Shown piece by piece: positions 1 to 9,500 of a stretch of 36,976 nucleotides of DNA. Source of the DNA: a virus (Duplodnaviria; Caudoviricetes); IMG/VR virus record IMGVR_UViG_3300029822_000556, positions 1 through 36,976 of that record. One strand, written 5' to 3'. Position 1 is the first letter of the stretch; each line of letters begins with the position of its first letter. The notes below the pieces were generated by a model. It was not told the DNA's origin, did not search any database, and worked only from the letters and a program-made list of their open reading frames with translations. Position numbers and translations under genes: made by a program.

Positions 1-1
1 T

Positions 2-502
2 GTAAAACAATATACTGATAATTATATTAGAGTTAACCCGATAGATAAAAATATTATACCTAATATTAATGGTAGAAATATTGCACCATACGAATTATAT
101 TTAAATGATTTAAGAAAAGAAGTTAAAGATGGGTGGATTATGTTTCTTGATGATGATGATATGCTAATGATTAATACTTCAATACAAAAAATTGTAAATA
201 ATATATTAAATGATGACCAAATGTTAATTTGGAGAGTAAAATTTCCAAATAGAATCATACCAGAACAGATTTATTTTGATAAAAAACAGATAGTATTAAA
301 TCATTTTAGTATGATAGGATTTATGTATCATAAAAAATTTGATTCATATGCAAAATTTGATCCATATTATGGAGGAGATTATTTTTTTGCTAAACAATTA
401 GAAAAAATTATACCAGAAAAAACTTGGATAGATGGTATTTATACAGGTTTGCAGCGTACTAATGCAATGGGTGGTTTTGGGAAAAGAGATGATAAAAAAT
501 AA
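2..502 (+). CDS. GT-A fold glycosyltransferase, 5'-truncated by the window edge
   Basis: The frame of ORF 140..502 is open from base 2 (VKQYTDNY...KDGWIMFLDDDD). It has a DxD-type motif WIMFLDDDD, a later GGDYFF, and sits in a GT cluster. Confidence 0.7.
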   Translation, partial: VKQYTDNYIRVNPIDKNIIPNINGRNIAPYELYLNDLRKEVKDGWIMFLDDDDMLMINTSIQKIVNNILNDDQMLIWRVKFPNRIIPEQIYFDKKQIVLNHFSMIGFMYHKKFDSYAKFDPYYGGDYFFAKQLEKIIPEKTWIDGIYTGLQRTNAMGGFGKRDDKK

Positions 503-514
503 AATATAGAATAT

Positions 515-1222
515 ATGATAGAAGTTGATGTTGTTATATTATCTTGGGCAAAAACAGAATATTTAAAAAATATGACTATTTTTTGTGTTAAAAATTTATT
601 TAAAACAGAAAAAAATATAAATTTTAATGTTTACCTATTAGAAAGTAATTTGGACACTGAATATAAATTCAATGATAATGTACATGTAAAATACATGAAT
701 GAAACATTTGGTTATCATAAGTTTATGAATATTGGTAGAAAATTAGGAAAATCTGAATATGTAGTATTATGTAATAATGATTTAAGATTTACTAAAAATT
801 GGGCAAGTAGTATAATATCAGAAATGGAAAAAGATGAAGATTTATTAAGTGCTTGTCCATATGAACCACACGTAAATTCTAAAAAAATACAAAATGCAGA
901 TGATTTTTATGGGTATGAAACAAGAAAGCATATAAACGGGTGGTGTATTTTTCAAAAGAGAAAGATATATGATATTATAGGTGATTTAGATGAGAATTTT
1001 GAATTTTGGTGTTGTGATGATGATTATGGTATGGTATTAAAAAATAATAATATAAAACATAAGTTAGTAAAAGAATCAATCGTTTATCATGAAGATAATG
1101 GTAGTAGAACTTTAAAACAAAGAGATATTAATATCATTAATCAATACACATCTGGAGGGTTAAGTAAATTTGCAAAAAAATATGGGAATTTTCCAACTTA
1201 TTATCCATTTGGAAAAAAATAA
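515..1222 (+). CDS. Family 2 glycosyltransferase
   Basis: N-terminal VDVVILSW strand, FMNIGRK, YVVLCNNDL (DxD equivalent), GDLDENF..WCCDDDY and late VYH. Confidence 0.85.
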   Translation: MIEVDVVILSWAKTEYLKNMTIFCVKNLFKTEKNINFNVYLLESNLDTEYKFNDNVHVKYMNETFGYHKFMNIGRKLGKSEYVVLCNNDLRFTKNWASSIISEMEKDEDLLSACPYEPHVNSKKIQNADDFYGYETRKHINGWCIFQKRKIYDIIGDLDENFEFWCCDDDYGMVLKNNNIKHKLVKESIVYHEDNGSRTLKQRDINIINQYTSGGLSKFAKKYGNFPTYYPFGKK

Positions 1223-1230
1223 TTTGAAAC

Positions 1231-1944
1231 ATGAAAAGAAGTATAAGTATAATAATATCGGCATATAAAGCTCAAGAATTTATAGAAGAATGTTTAGATT
1301 CAATAGAAAAACAAACATATTTTAAAGATTTTAACGATTATGAAATATTATTAGGTTTCGACGGATGTAAAGATACTTTAAATAAAGTAATGTCAATAAA
1401 GGATAAATATAAAAATTTAAGACTGTTTTGGTTTGAAGAAAATAATGGACCATATTTAGTTTTTAATACATTAATATCCAAATCTAAATATGACATATTG
1501 GTAACATTTGGGGCAGATGATATAATGTATGATTTTTTTATTGAAAAAAATATAAATATGTTAACAAATAATCGAATTATTAGAACAAAATGTTCAAATT
1601 TTAAACACCCTTATAAAAATAAAATAACTCATATATATAATGTAGATGGTGTGGTTTTTTTTAATAAACATGAATTTAATTACATTAATGGGTTTCAAAA
1701 TTGGAGATGTGGTTCAGATTCAGATTTAATTTCAAGATTAAATATGAATAATGTTATTAGAATAGATAATGATGTATCTACTTTTTTAAGAAGAGTACAC
1801 GATAAAAGTTTAACAAATATAGAAGGTTTTAAATATGGTTCAGAGTACAGAAAAAGTAGACAAAGTTTAATAAATCAAGGAGTTAAATTAAAAAAAATAA
1901 TAAATGATAAATTTGAAATATATGAAAAGGTAATTGAAATTTAA
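1231..1944 (+). CDS. Family 2 glycosyltransferase
   Basis: ISIIISAYKAQEFIEECLDSIEKQT, FDGCKD, ENNGPY..N, FGADD, GSDSDL..RL. Confidence 0.9.
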   Translation: MKRSISIIISAYKAQEFIEECLDSIEKQTYFKDFNDYEILLGFDGCKDTLNKVMSIKDKYKNLRLFWFEENNGPYLVFNTLISKSKYDILVTFGADDIMYDFFIEKNINMLTNNRIIRTKCSNFKHPYKNKITHIYNVDGVVFFNKHEFNYINGFQNWRCGSDSDLISRLNMNNVIRIDNDVSTFLRRVHDKSLTNIEGFKYGSEYRKSRQSLINQGVKLKKIINDKFEIYEKVIEI

Positions 1945-1954
1945 TATATAAAAT

Positions 1955-2542
1955 ATGAAACATATAATAATATCTCGAATGAAATTTGATGATAAAGAAT
2001 TATTAAAAAAATATTTAGTAATAACTAAAGATATTTTAATACCATCTTTAAAAACACAAACAAATAAAAATTTTGTTTGGGGATTAATAATAAATGACGA
2101 AGATATAGAATATATTAAGAATGAGTTAGATTTTAATTTTTTATCATTTAAAAATAATAATGCATTTGAAAAATACGCTAAAGAAAATAATATAAATATA
2201 CAAACAAGACACGATATTGATGATTGGATGTCTATTGATTATGTAGATAAAACACAAGAAATTTATTTAGAAAATATAGATAAATATGATTCTTTTTTAA
2301 TTCAATCACAACCCATTAAAATTGATTATAAAACAAAAAAAGAAACATCATTATCAAAATATACTAATAGAAGAACTTCTATGCATCTAACATTATGTCA
2401 AAAAAATGTAATTAATAATATACATAGTAAAAGACATAATGATATGTATCAATTAGTTAAAAAGATAATAACATTACCAGAAGGATATACAAAATGGGTT
2501 ATACATGGTGATAATATTAGTTGTAAAAATAAATTAATATAA
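1955..2542 (+). CDS. Putative GT-A glycosyltransferase (rhamnosyltransferase-like)
   Basis: LIPSLKTQTNKNFVW, QTRHDIDDW (RxDxDD), C-terminal IHGDN; located in the GT cluster. Confidence 0.65.
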   Translation: MKHIIISRMKFDDKELLKKYLVITKDILIPSLKTQTNKNFVWGLIINDEDIEYIKNELDFNFLSFKNNNAFEKYAKENNINIQTRHDIDDWMSIDYVDKTQEIYLENIDKYDSFLIQSQPIKIDYKTKKETSLSKYTNRRTSMHLTLCQKNVINNIHSKRHNDMYQLVKKIITLPEGYTKWVIHGDNISCKNKLI

Positions 2543-3244
2543 GTGGAAGATATAAAAAATATTGATATTTGTGTAGTAACATATAATAGATTAGAATATT
2601 TAAAATTGTGTATATGGTCAATTTTAGCATCAACTAAGATTAATTATAGATTATTTGTATTATCTGATTGTTCAACTGATGGTACTAATGAATGGTTATT
2701 GGAAATGAAGAAAAATGGTAAGATTGATGAAGTTATAATAAATGAAGAAAATATAGGAACTGCGAATTCTTTTAATAAAGTTATAAGGTCTACTGATTCT
2801 GAATGGTTTGTTATGTCATGTGATGATATGTATTTTCATAGAGGGTGGGATGATGCGGCAATTGGGTTAGTAAATGAATATCCTGATTGTGGGATATCAA
2901 CATTTTATGATTCCATATTAAATGATAAAAATGGTATTATTAAAATAAATAAACATTCTTATAAAATAAAAGCAACTGGAATGGGATCATCAATGGTGTA
3001 TAGAAAATTATTTGATGATGTTGATGGATTCTTTTTACCAGAAGGTATAAAAATGGGACTTTTTGCTGGTAATTTTTGTATAAGATGTAGTCAAACAAAA
3101 TTAAAAAGAAATAAACAATATTGTACAATACCACCATACTCTATACAAATGAATAAATCTAAATTATCACTAGAATATTTATATATAGATTATAATAATA
3201 GAAGGGGAGTAGAAAAAACAAAACATAGAAATAGCAAAAAATAA
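2543..3244 (+). CDS. Family 2 glycosyltransferase
   Basis: ICVVTYNRLEYL, SDCSTDGT, ENIGTANSFN, MSCDDMYF; GTG start directly after the upstream stop. Confidence 0.9.
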   Translation: MEDIKNIDICVVTYNRLEYLKLCIWSILASTKINYRLFVLSDCSTDGTNEWLLEMKKNGKIDEVIINEENIGTANSFNKVIRSTDSEWFVMSCDDMYFHRGWDDAAIGLVNEYPDCGISTFYDSILNDKNGIIKINKHSYKIKATGMGSSMVYRKLFDDVDGFFLPEGIKMGLFAGNFCIRCSQTKLKRNKQYCTIPPYSIQMNKSKLSLEYLYIDYNNRRGVEKTKHRNSKK

Positions 3245-3254
3245 TAAAATACCT

Positions 3255-3968
3255 ATGAAAAAAGTCGATATTTATATGGCAACATTATGGAGGCAAGGAC
3301 ATGCAGTAATTTCGATCAAAAGTTTAATATCACAACCAGAATTTGGAACAGGAACAATTATTTGTAATAATTGGACAGATGAACAATGGGAATGGATAAA
3401 TGGTGAGTTAAATTCATATGATAATATCATATTATATAGAGGAGATAATAAAAAAGGGAGTAATGAAAAAATAAAATATATTAATATCGGTCATAATTAT
3501 TATATTTGTCTTGCTGATGATGATCTAATTTATCCAAATGATTATTTAAATAAATTAATAAATGGGTGTGAAAAGTATAACGCTCATGTTAGTCTACACG
3601 GTAGAACAATACCTAAAGGGATTATTAGTAGTTATTATAAACAAATAGGATCATATTATAGAGCATTGGGTAGTGTTGAACATGATGTTGAAGTTGATAT
3701 TACAAGTAATTGTGGTTCTTTATTTAAACGAAATTTCTATGATGATTTGGATGAATGGTACAATTTCTGTAGTACTACATCAATGGATGACATATATGTA
3801 AATTATTTTGCTAAGAAAAAGGGAATCCGAAGAATGGTATTATCACATAAAGAAGGATATTTAAAACATAAAAAACAACTTATAGAAGATGATTACGTTT
3901 TTAGTAAATATAAAAATAATGATAAAGTACAAACTGATTTTATAAATAATTATTTTAATAAAATCTAA
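3255..3968 (+). CDS. GT-A fold glycosyltransferase
   Basis: VDIYMAT, KGSNEK, YICLADDDLIYP, SMDDIY. Confidence 0.75.
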   Translation: MKKVDIYMATLWRQGHAVISIKSLISQPEFGTGTIICNNWTDEQWEWINGELNSYDNIILYRGDNKKGSNEKIKYINIGHNYYICLADDDLIYPNDYLNKLINGCEKYNAHVSLHGRTIPKGIISSYYKQIGSYYRALGSVEHDVEVDITSNCGSLFKRNFYDDLDEWYNFCSTTSMDDIYVNYFAKKKGIRRMVLSHKEGYLKHKKQLIEDDYVFSKYKNNDKVQTDFINNYFNKI

Positions 3969-3987
3969 TTAAAAATAAAACAAAAAA

Positions 3988-4560
3988 ATGACATTTAATA
4001 GTGATAAATATTGGGAAGATAGATATAAAAATGGTGGTAATTCAGGGGTAGCATCATATGGAATTTATGCTGAATTTAAATCTGATATAATAAATAATAC
4101 CATAAAAGAATATAATATTCAAAATATGTGTGAATTAGGGTGTGGTGAAGGTGAACATTTAAATAATATTACAATTGATTATACTGGTTATGATGTTAGT
4201 AAAAATGTAATAGATAGAAATATTAAAAAATATAAGGGTAAGAATAATTTATTATTTACAAATGATTTAGATAGTATCAATAGTAAAAAATTTGAATTGA
4301 CATTATCTATGGATGTTATTTTACATTTAATAAATGATGATGTTTATTATAGTTATATTAATAATTTATTTATGTTATCTGATAAATATGTTATTATATA
4401 TGAAAATGATAATGATTATTCGATTGGTATGGCAAAACATAACAAATATAGAAAATTTAGTAATGATATACCTAAAAATTTTAAATTAATTAATAAAATT
4501 AATAATCCATATAAAGGTAAAGATACTAAAGCCGATTTTTATATTTTTCAAAAAATATGA
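3988..4560 (+). CDS. Class I SAM-dependent methyltransferase
   Basis: YWEDRY..GGNSG, motif I ELGCGEG, YTGYDVS, LSMDVILHL. Confidence 0.85.
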   Translation: MTFNSDKYWEDRYKNGGNSGVASYGIYAEFKSDIINNTIKEYNIQNMCELGCGEGEHLNNITIDYTGYDVSKNVIDRNIKKYKGKNNLLFTNDLDSINSKKFELTLSMDVILHLINDDVYYSYINNLFMLSDKYVIIYENDNDYSIGMAKHNKYRKFSNDIPKNFKLINKINNPYKGKDTKADFYIFQKI

Positions 4561-4578
4561 TATTTTAAATAATTTTAT

Positions 4579-4586
4579 TATCTTTG
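4579..4586 (+). promoter_or_regulatory. Bacteroidota-type -7 promoter element (TATCTTTG)
   Basis: Matches TAnnTTTG 16 nt upstream of pspC; no matching -33 TTTG was found. Confidence 0.5.
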
Positions 4587-4602
4587 TAAAAAATTAGAAA
4601 TT

Positions 4603-4785
4603 ATGTCTAGATTAACAAGAATTTATAAAGATTCAGTATTTGGTGGTGTATGTACAGGACTAGATAAATATACAAATGTGGATGTATCCATATGGAGATT
4701 AATATTTATTTTTGGAACATTATTTACAACTTTTCCTTTTATTTTAACATATATTATTTTGTGGATAGTTTTACCAGAAAATTAA
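4603..4785 (+). CDS. pspC: PspC domain membrane protein
   Basis: RLTR..KDSVFGGVCTGL..Y.NVD..IWRLIF...YIILWIVLPE is the PspC pattern. Confidence 0.9.
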   Translation: MSRLTRIYKDSVFGGVCTGLDKYTNVDVSIWRLIFIFGTLFTTFPFILTYIILWIVLPEN

Positions 4786-4794
4786 TATAATTAT

Positions 4795-5289
4795 ATGTAT
4801 AAAAAGGAAATAGAAAGAAAGTTTTTAGTAGATGTAACTTTAATACCAGATATTACAAAATATCCATCGATAAAGATACAACAAGGGTATCTTATTAGTA
4901 TTTATGATTTACTTGAAGTAAGAGTAAGATCAGAAGAAATAAATTCTAATTTAGAATATTATCTTATTATAAAAGATAGTGGAACAAAAATCAGAAATGA
5001 AATTTGTTATAGAATAACAAAAGAAGAATATGATGAATCTATTCAATTATGTGGAAATAAAGTTATAAATAAAATAAGATATAAAATTCCTTATTCTAAG
5101 GACGAATCAAAAATATTAGAATTAGATGTTTATACTGATATAGACTTAGTTGTATGTGAATATGAAGGAGAATCAGAAATAGATGTTGATAATCTTATAC
5201 CAGAAGATTGGTTTATTAAAGATATAACAGAAGATCCAAAATATAAAAATTTTAATATTGCTATGAATTTACAATATTTTAAAAAATAA
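4795..5289 (+). CDS. CYTH-family triphosphate tunnel metalloenzyme
   Basis: EIERKFLV (ExExK), IQQGYL, VRVR, INKIRY, ELDVY, ITEDPKYKN. Confidence 0.9.
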   Translation: MYKKEIERKFLVDVTLIPDITKYPSIKIQQGYLISIYDLLEVRVRSEEINSNLEYYLIIKDSGTKIRNEICYRITKEEYDESIQLCGNKVINKIRYKIPYSKDESKILELDVYTDIDLVVCEYEGESEIDVDNLIPEDWFIKDITEDPKYKNFNIAMNLQYFKK

Positions 5290-5318
5290 AAAATCCCTCA
5301 ATTCAGAGGGATTTTTTT
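5288..5318. terminator. Bidirectional intrinsic terminator
   Basis: AAAAAATCCCTC-AATTCA-GAGGGATTTTTTT hairpin with A and T tracts, between convergent genes. Confidence 0.85.
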
Positions 5319-5335
5319 ATTTATAAAATTAAAAT

Positions 5336-6364
5336 TTAAACTGGATAAATCTCTTCTTCTATTAATAAATATAATTCTTCAACTTCCGCATCACTAAGTT
5401 CATGAATTGTTAAATCAATATCAGATGTCTTAACATAACTAGGAATTTTTGATATGTATTCTATTATCTTACCTTTTACTTTAGGGTTATCTAATGCATC
5501 TAATATAAAATTAATTCTATCTTCTCTTGAATCTAAATGATGTTCTTTAATTGGTAAATCTAATACTTTAATTACTGATGGAACTTCTTCAACTTTTAAA
5601 TAAATCTCTTCGATTTGTTTATCATTTAATTTATTTAATGTTTCTTCTATATCATTAGAATCAATGTATATTGGGTGATTTTTAATATAGTTAAGAACTA
5701 CAGTTTTAACACCTCTTTTATTAATGTGTTCCATTATAAATTTAACTCTTTCATTCTTTGATACCAAATGATGTTCTTCATTAACTGAATTTTTAATTTT
5801 TTCCATTAATGATGATAGTTCCAAAATATCTTTCATTGAACCATTATTATAATCAGGTATATGTACATCATTTCCTACTTTTTCAACAACCTCTGTATCA
5901 TCCTCTTCTTCTGGTTTATCTTTTTTAGTTACTTTTTCTTTACTATCTTTACAATCTTCACCTTCATTATCTTCGCATTCTTCGGTTTCTATATCATCAC
6001 AATCTTCGCATTTTTTTGACTCATTAATAAGTTCAACATCTTCTTGTGTTTCTTCTATTTTAACAACTTTTTCTGTTATGATAAAGTTTATATTTCTTTT
6101 TTCACTTTCAATAGCTTCATTTATTGCTTGAAAACTAAAAGAATGTCTAGATAACACTTTAATATTCTCTAATGTTTTAATAGTAGTTTTACACTCATTA
6201 ATTTTAATTACTTTATTAAGAGCATCTAATAAATTTTCTTGACCAACTATTTTACCATTATCTATTGATAAACATTCATTTATGATATTTTTTATAATAT
6301 CATCTCTATCTGTTTTTTCAATATTTGTACTTTTACTTTCATTTAAACTTGAGAATTTTTTCAT
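5336..6364 (-). CDS. Acidic hypothetical protein with capsid-targeting-like N-terminus and a duplicated C-terminal domain
   Basis: Starts MKKFSSLNES, has an acidic linker, then two ~65-aa repeats beginning EEHHLVSKNER and KEHHLDSREDR. Confidence 0.6.
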   Translation of the reverse strand: MKKFSSLNESKSTNIEKTDRDDIIKNIINECLSIDNGKIVGQENLLDALNKVIKINECKTTIKTLENIKVLSRHSFSFQAINEAIESEKRNINFIITEKVVKIEETQEDVELINESKKCEDCDDIETEECEDNEGEDCKDSKEKVTKKDKPEEEDDTEVVEKVGNDVHIPDYNNGSMKDILELSSLMEKIKNSVNEEHHLVSKNERVKFIMEHINKRGVKTVVLNYIKNHPIYIDSNDIEETLNKLNDKQIEEIYLKVEEVPSVIKVLDLPIKEHHLDSREDRINFILDALDNPKVKGKIIEYISKIPSYVKTSDIDLTIHELSDAEVEELYLLIEEEIYPV

Positions 6365-6388
6365 ATCTATCGTTAATTATTTTTTATT

Positions 6389-6399
6389 TATATATTAAA
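6389..6399 (-). promoter_or_regulatory. TTTAATATATA putative phage promoter
   Basis: Exact 11-mer ~25 nt upstream of the ATG at 6364; recurs before at least 10 genes. Confidence 0.55.
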
Positions 6400-6557
6400 T
6401 TTTAAAATTACTTTTAAACTATTTTTATCTTTTTTAGTATATATAAAAAACTAAATATTATGAAAGAATTAATTATATTTTTTATTTTACAAGAATTAAA
6501 GAAATTAAATAAGAAACAGTAAATAATTTATATATAATTAAAAAATAAATTATAAAA

Positions 6558-6839
6558 ATGAACGAAATTGTACAATTAAGAACTCAACAAATTAATGATT
6601 TTATATCAAGTTTTGATGATTTAAATGATGTTGATGTTAAAGAAATAGAAGAAGGATTATCTGTTATTTTACAAGAAAAACCAGCTGTTGATTTTGAATA
6701 TGGTGTTGATTATGTATTAAACGAATCAACTGGTGATGAAGAAAGAAAACACGAATTAAAAAAGATTCACATACTGTATAGTTATATTGGCGATGACGGA
6801 AATACTAGAATTGGAAAAATGAGTTATATTGTTGGTTAA
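6558..6839 (+). CDS. Hypothetical acidic protein
   Basis: 93-aa ORF with an A-rich leader; no recognised family. Confidence 0.6.
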   Translation: MNEIVQLRTQQINDFISSFDDLNDVDVKEIEEGLSVILQEKPAVDFEYGVDYVLNESTGDEERKHELKKIHILYSYIGDDGNTRIGKMSYIVG

Positions 6840-6844
6840 TTTTG

Positions 6845-7921
6845 TTAACCAACAATTTGTTTTCTAATTAATTCAACAAAACTGTTTGATTTAGTTATCT
6901 TTATATCATCTAACATCATTCTATATACCATTTCACCCGCATCTTCATTTTGTCTTAACCATTTTTTTTCATAAATTGAAAAATCAAAATTTAGTTCTCC
7001 CATAACACTGAATGCATAATCATTTGCTTCTTTTTCTAATTCTTTATAATATTTTAAAAAATTATCTTTATCTTCATTTAGAACAGTTTGAAAATATTTT
7101 TTATCAAATGTATTATTCGTGTGTTGATCTGAATGTTTTGATTCATGTAATAATAAAAATAATAAAATTTTATCAGGTATTATTGTACCTAAAGATTCGT
7201 TTATAGCAACCTCATTAACTCCTATACAGCCTGCTGCAATATTTTCTATTGTATTAAAATGAAAATAATATATTTTCATATCTTTTCTATTTTTATTCCA
7301 CCATTCAATTATATTTACTTTTCTGTTTTTATCGTATCCAATTTTAGTTAAAAACTCATTAATACTAATAGGGTTATCTAAATATTGATGGGTGGTTTTA
7401 ACATTTTCATCAATTATATCTTTAAATGATAATCTTTTTCTATCTCTAAATGGTAGTTTATTTTTATCCACAAAATATTTTTTTTCTTTACCTTTACTAA
7501 CACTATCAATAGTAAAATATTTCTTTAATGGTTCTGGAAAATATTTACTTTCTGATATTTTATTAAAAAAGTCATTTATATTTGTAAATTCTTGTTGATC
7601 TATTCTTTTCATAAATCTAGTATAATAGATATCCATACTACTATTTATAGTTTGTCTTACAGATATTCTTGCACCTTGAAATCCATTAGAAAATATAATA
7701 TCAAATTCAGAACTATCTAATCCATATGACAAAGGCATTATTCTTGAAAACTTAGCATATTCTAATGCTTGATAATCTCTTAAATTTTTCATATTCCAAA
7801 AAGGAGAATTTTTAACCATATTATAAATTTCTGTAATTGTAGAATATATTTTTTTTAATCTGTCATCTGATATATAATTTCTTAAATATGTATTTAAATA
7901 ATAATTTTTTATATGTTCAGT
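6845..7921 (-). pseudogene. 3' part of an IS-interrupted gene encoding a zincin-like metallopeptidase (HExxH) domain
   Basis: LLHESKH followed by EKEANDYA. The apparent GTG start at 7933 lies inside the IS left end. Same frame as the fragment at 9272..9487. Confidence 0.7.
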
Positions 7922-8038
7922 CAAAGAAAACACAGAAGTCTTTACCTTTTAGGGTTTAATAGCTTCTGTGATGAATTTGTTAAATATTTAACTAAAAATA
8001 GTAAAAAAGTTTAAAAAATCAGAAAATGACCTTTAGAC

Positions 8039-8049
8039 TTTAATATATA
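8039..8049 (+). promoter_or_regulatory. TTTAATATATA putative phage promoter inside the IS, upstream of tnpB
   Basis: Exact 11-mer 5 nt before the tnpB ATG, preceded by ATGAC-N8. Confidence 0.5.
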
Positions 8050-8054
8050 CTAAT

Positions 8055-9248
8055 ATGTTAAAGTCGTATAAATATAAGATTAAACCAACAGAAGATCAAA
8101 AAGTCTTATTAAACAAGCATTTTGGTTCAATTAGGTTTGCTTATAATTACTTCTTGAATGAGAGAAGATTTGAATATGAAACTAATAAACAAACCCTAAA
8201 TTATAATGATAACTCAGCAGCTTTAACTAAATTAAAGAAACAGGATGAATTTAAGTGGTTAAGAGAAATAAATAGTCAATCACTTCAACATTCACTTAAA
8301 GGTCTAGATGATGCTTATAATTCATTTTTTAAGAAAAGAACTGGTTTTCCAAAATTCAAATCTAAACATCATAAAAATTCATTTAAAGTTCCTCAGTTTG
8401 TTAAAGTTAAAGATGGATGTCTAATTATTCCTAAATTTAAATATCCTATCAAAATGATACAAGATAGAAAGTTTAAAGGAGAAATTAGACAAGCTACATT
8501 GTCTAAAACACCAACTGGTGAATTCTTTGTTTCAATATTGGTAGAAACAGACCATAAGAAATTTGAAAAAACAGGTAAAGAAATTGGAATTGATTTAGGA
8601 ATTAAAGATTTCGTTATAACAAGTGATGGTTATAAATATAAAAATAATAGATATACCAAGACATATTCAAGAAAATTAAAAGAAAATCAAAGGCATTTAA
8701 GTAAAAAAGTTAAAGGAAGTAATAAATATAATAAACAGAAACTTAAAGTAGCTAAACTACACAAGAAGATAACCAATTCTCGTTTAGATAATCTACATAA
8801 AGTATCCACAGAACTAGTAAAGAATTATGATGTAATCTATCTTGAAAATCTAAACATCAAAGGAATGATTAAAAATCACAAACTAGCTAAACATATAGCT
8901 GATGTTTCTTGGGGTAGATTCATTACTTTACTGGAATATAAAGCCATTTGGAATGATAAGAAGATAGTTAAGATTGATAGATTCTTTCCATCTAGTAAGC
9001 AGTGTAATAATTGTGGATATATTAATAGAAATTTGGATTTAAGTATTAGAGAATGGACTTGTCCTTCTTGTAATATGGAATTAGATAGAGATTTAAATGC
9101 TAGTAAAAATATCCTTAAAGAAGGAATTAAAATAATATCGTCCGGAACAGACGATTACAGACATGGAGTTCAAATAAGACCAGTTTTAACTGGCACAAGC
9201 GATGAAGTGTTTAAAAAGAAGGAGCGATTGTCTCCCGAAACACATTAG
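8055..9248 (+). CDS. tnpB: RNA-guided endonuclease TnpB
   Basis: N-terminal KSYKYKIKPT..Q HTH region, RuvC-I GIDLGIKDF, RuvC-II IYLENL, zinc finger CNNC..CPSC, RuvC-III DRDLNASKNI. Confidence 0.95.
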   Translation: MLKSYKYKIKPTEDQKVLLNKHFGSIRFAYNYFLNERRFEYETNKQTLNYNDNSAALTKLKKQDEFKWLREINSQSLQHSLKGLDDAYNSFFKKRTGFPKFKSKHHKNSFKVPQFVKVKDGCLIIPKFKYPIKMIQDRKFKGEIRQATLSKTPTGEFFVSILVETDHKKFEKTGKEIGIDLGIKDFVITSDGYKYKNNRYTKTYSRKLKENQRHLSKKVKGSNKYNKQKLKVAKLHKKITNSRLDNLHKVSTELVKNYDVIYLENLNIKGMIKNHKLAKHIADVSWGRFITLLEYKAIWNDKKIVKIDRFFPSSKQCNNCGYINRNLDLSIREWTCPSCNMELDRDLNASKNILKEGIKIISSGTDDYRHGVQIRPVLTGTSDEVFKKKERLSPETH

Positions 9249-9290
9249 TCTTTAGCTAACGTGTAGTTCATAAGTTTTCTTATATCATCA
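9120..9290 (+). ncRNA. Predicted TnpB omega/reRNA scaffold plus guide (5' boundary approximate)
   Basis: TnpB reRNAs overlap the tnpB 3' end and right end. Hairpins CCAGTTTTAACTGG, GGAGCGATTGTCTCC and the right-end hairpin are visible. The guide would start at about 9271. Confidence 0.55.
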
Positions 9291-9487
9291 TCGGATAAAG
9301 AATCTATTATTTTTTGAATTTCTTCAGTTGAATATAATTGTTTTTTAAGTATTGTTTGAATTCTTTCAAAATGATCCAGTCCTTCTAAACCTTTTTCGAT
9401 TTGTTCTTTACTTTTAGGTTTTAAAAGGTGTCTTATGGATTCGTTACAAAGGTTACTTTGTTCCCTATATGTTATTAAATATTTCAT
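9272..9487 (-). pseudogene. 5' part of the IS-interrupted gene (tag-A N-terminus)
   Basis: ATG at 9487 gives MKYLITYREQSNLCNESIRHLLKPKS...DDDIRKL. It now ends at a TAA inside the IS right end (9245). Confidence 0.7.
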
Positions 9488-9500
9488 ATTTTTTTTATTT

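Larger units (their letters stand above)
7922..9271 (+). mobile_element. IS200/IS605-family TnpB-only (IS1341-like) element, ~1350 bp
   Basis: Left-end inverted repeat CACAGAAG (7931-7938)/CTTCTGTG (7963-7970). Right-end hairpin ACACATTAG..CTAACGTGT followed by AGTTCA(T). No target duplication. Removal restores the host reading frame. Ends are ambiguous by 1 nt. Confidence 0.8.

Noticed and set aside
7922-9271. IStron (group I intron plus IS) that splices out of the host gene
   Set aside because: The element is antisense to the host gene and has only ~130 nt before tnpB, too little for a group I intron core.
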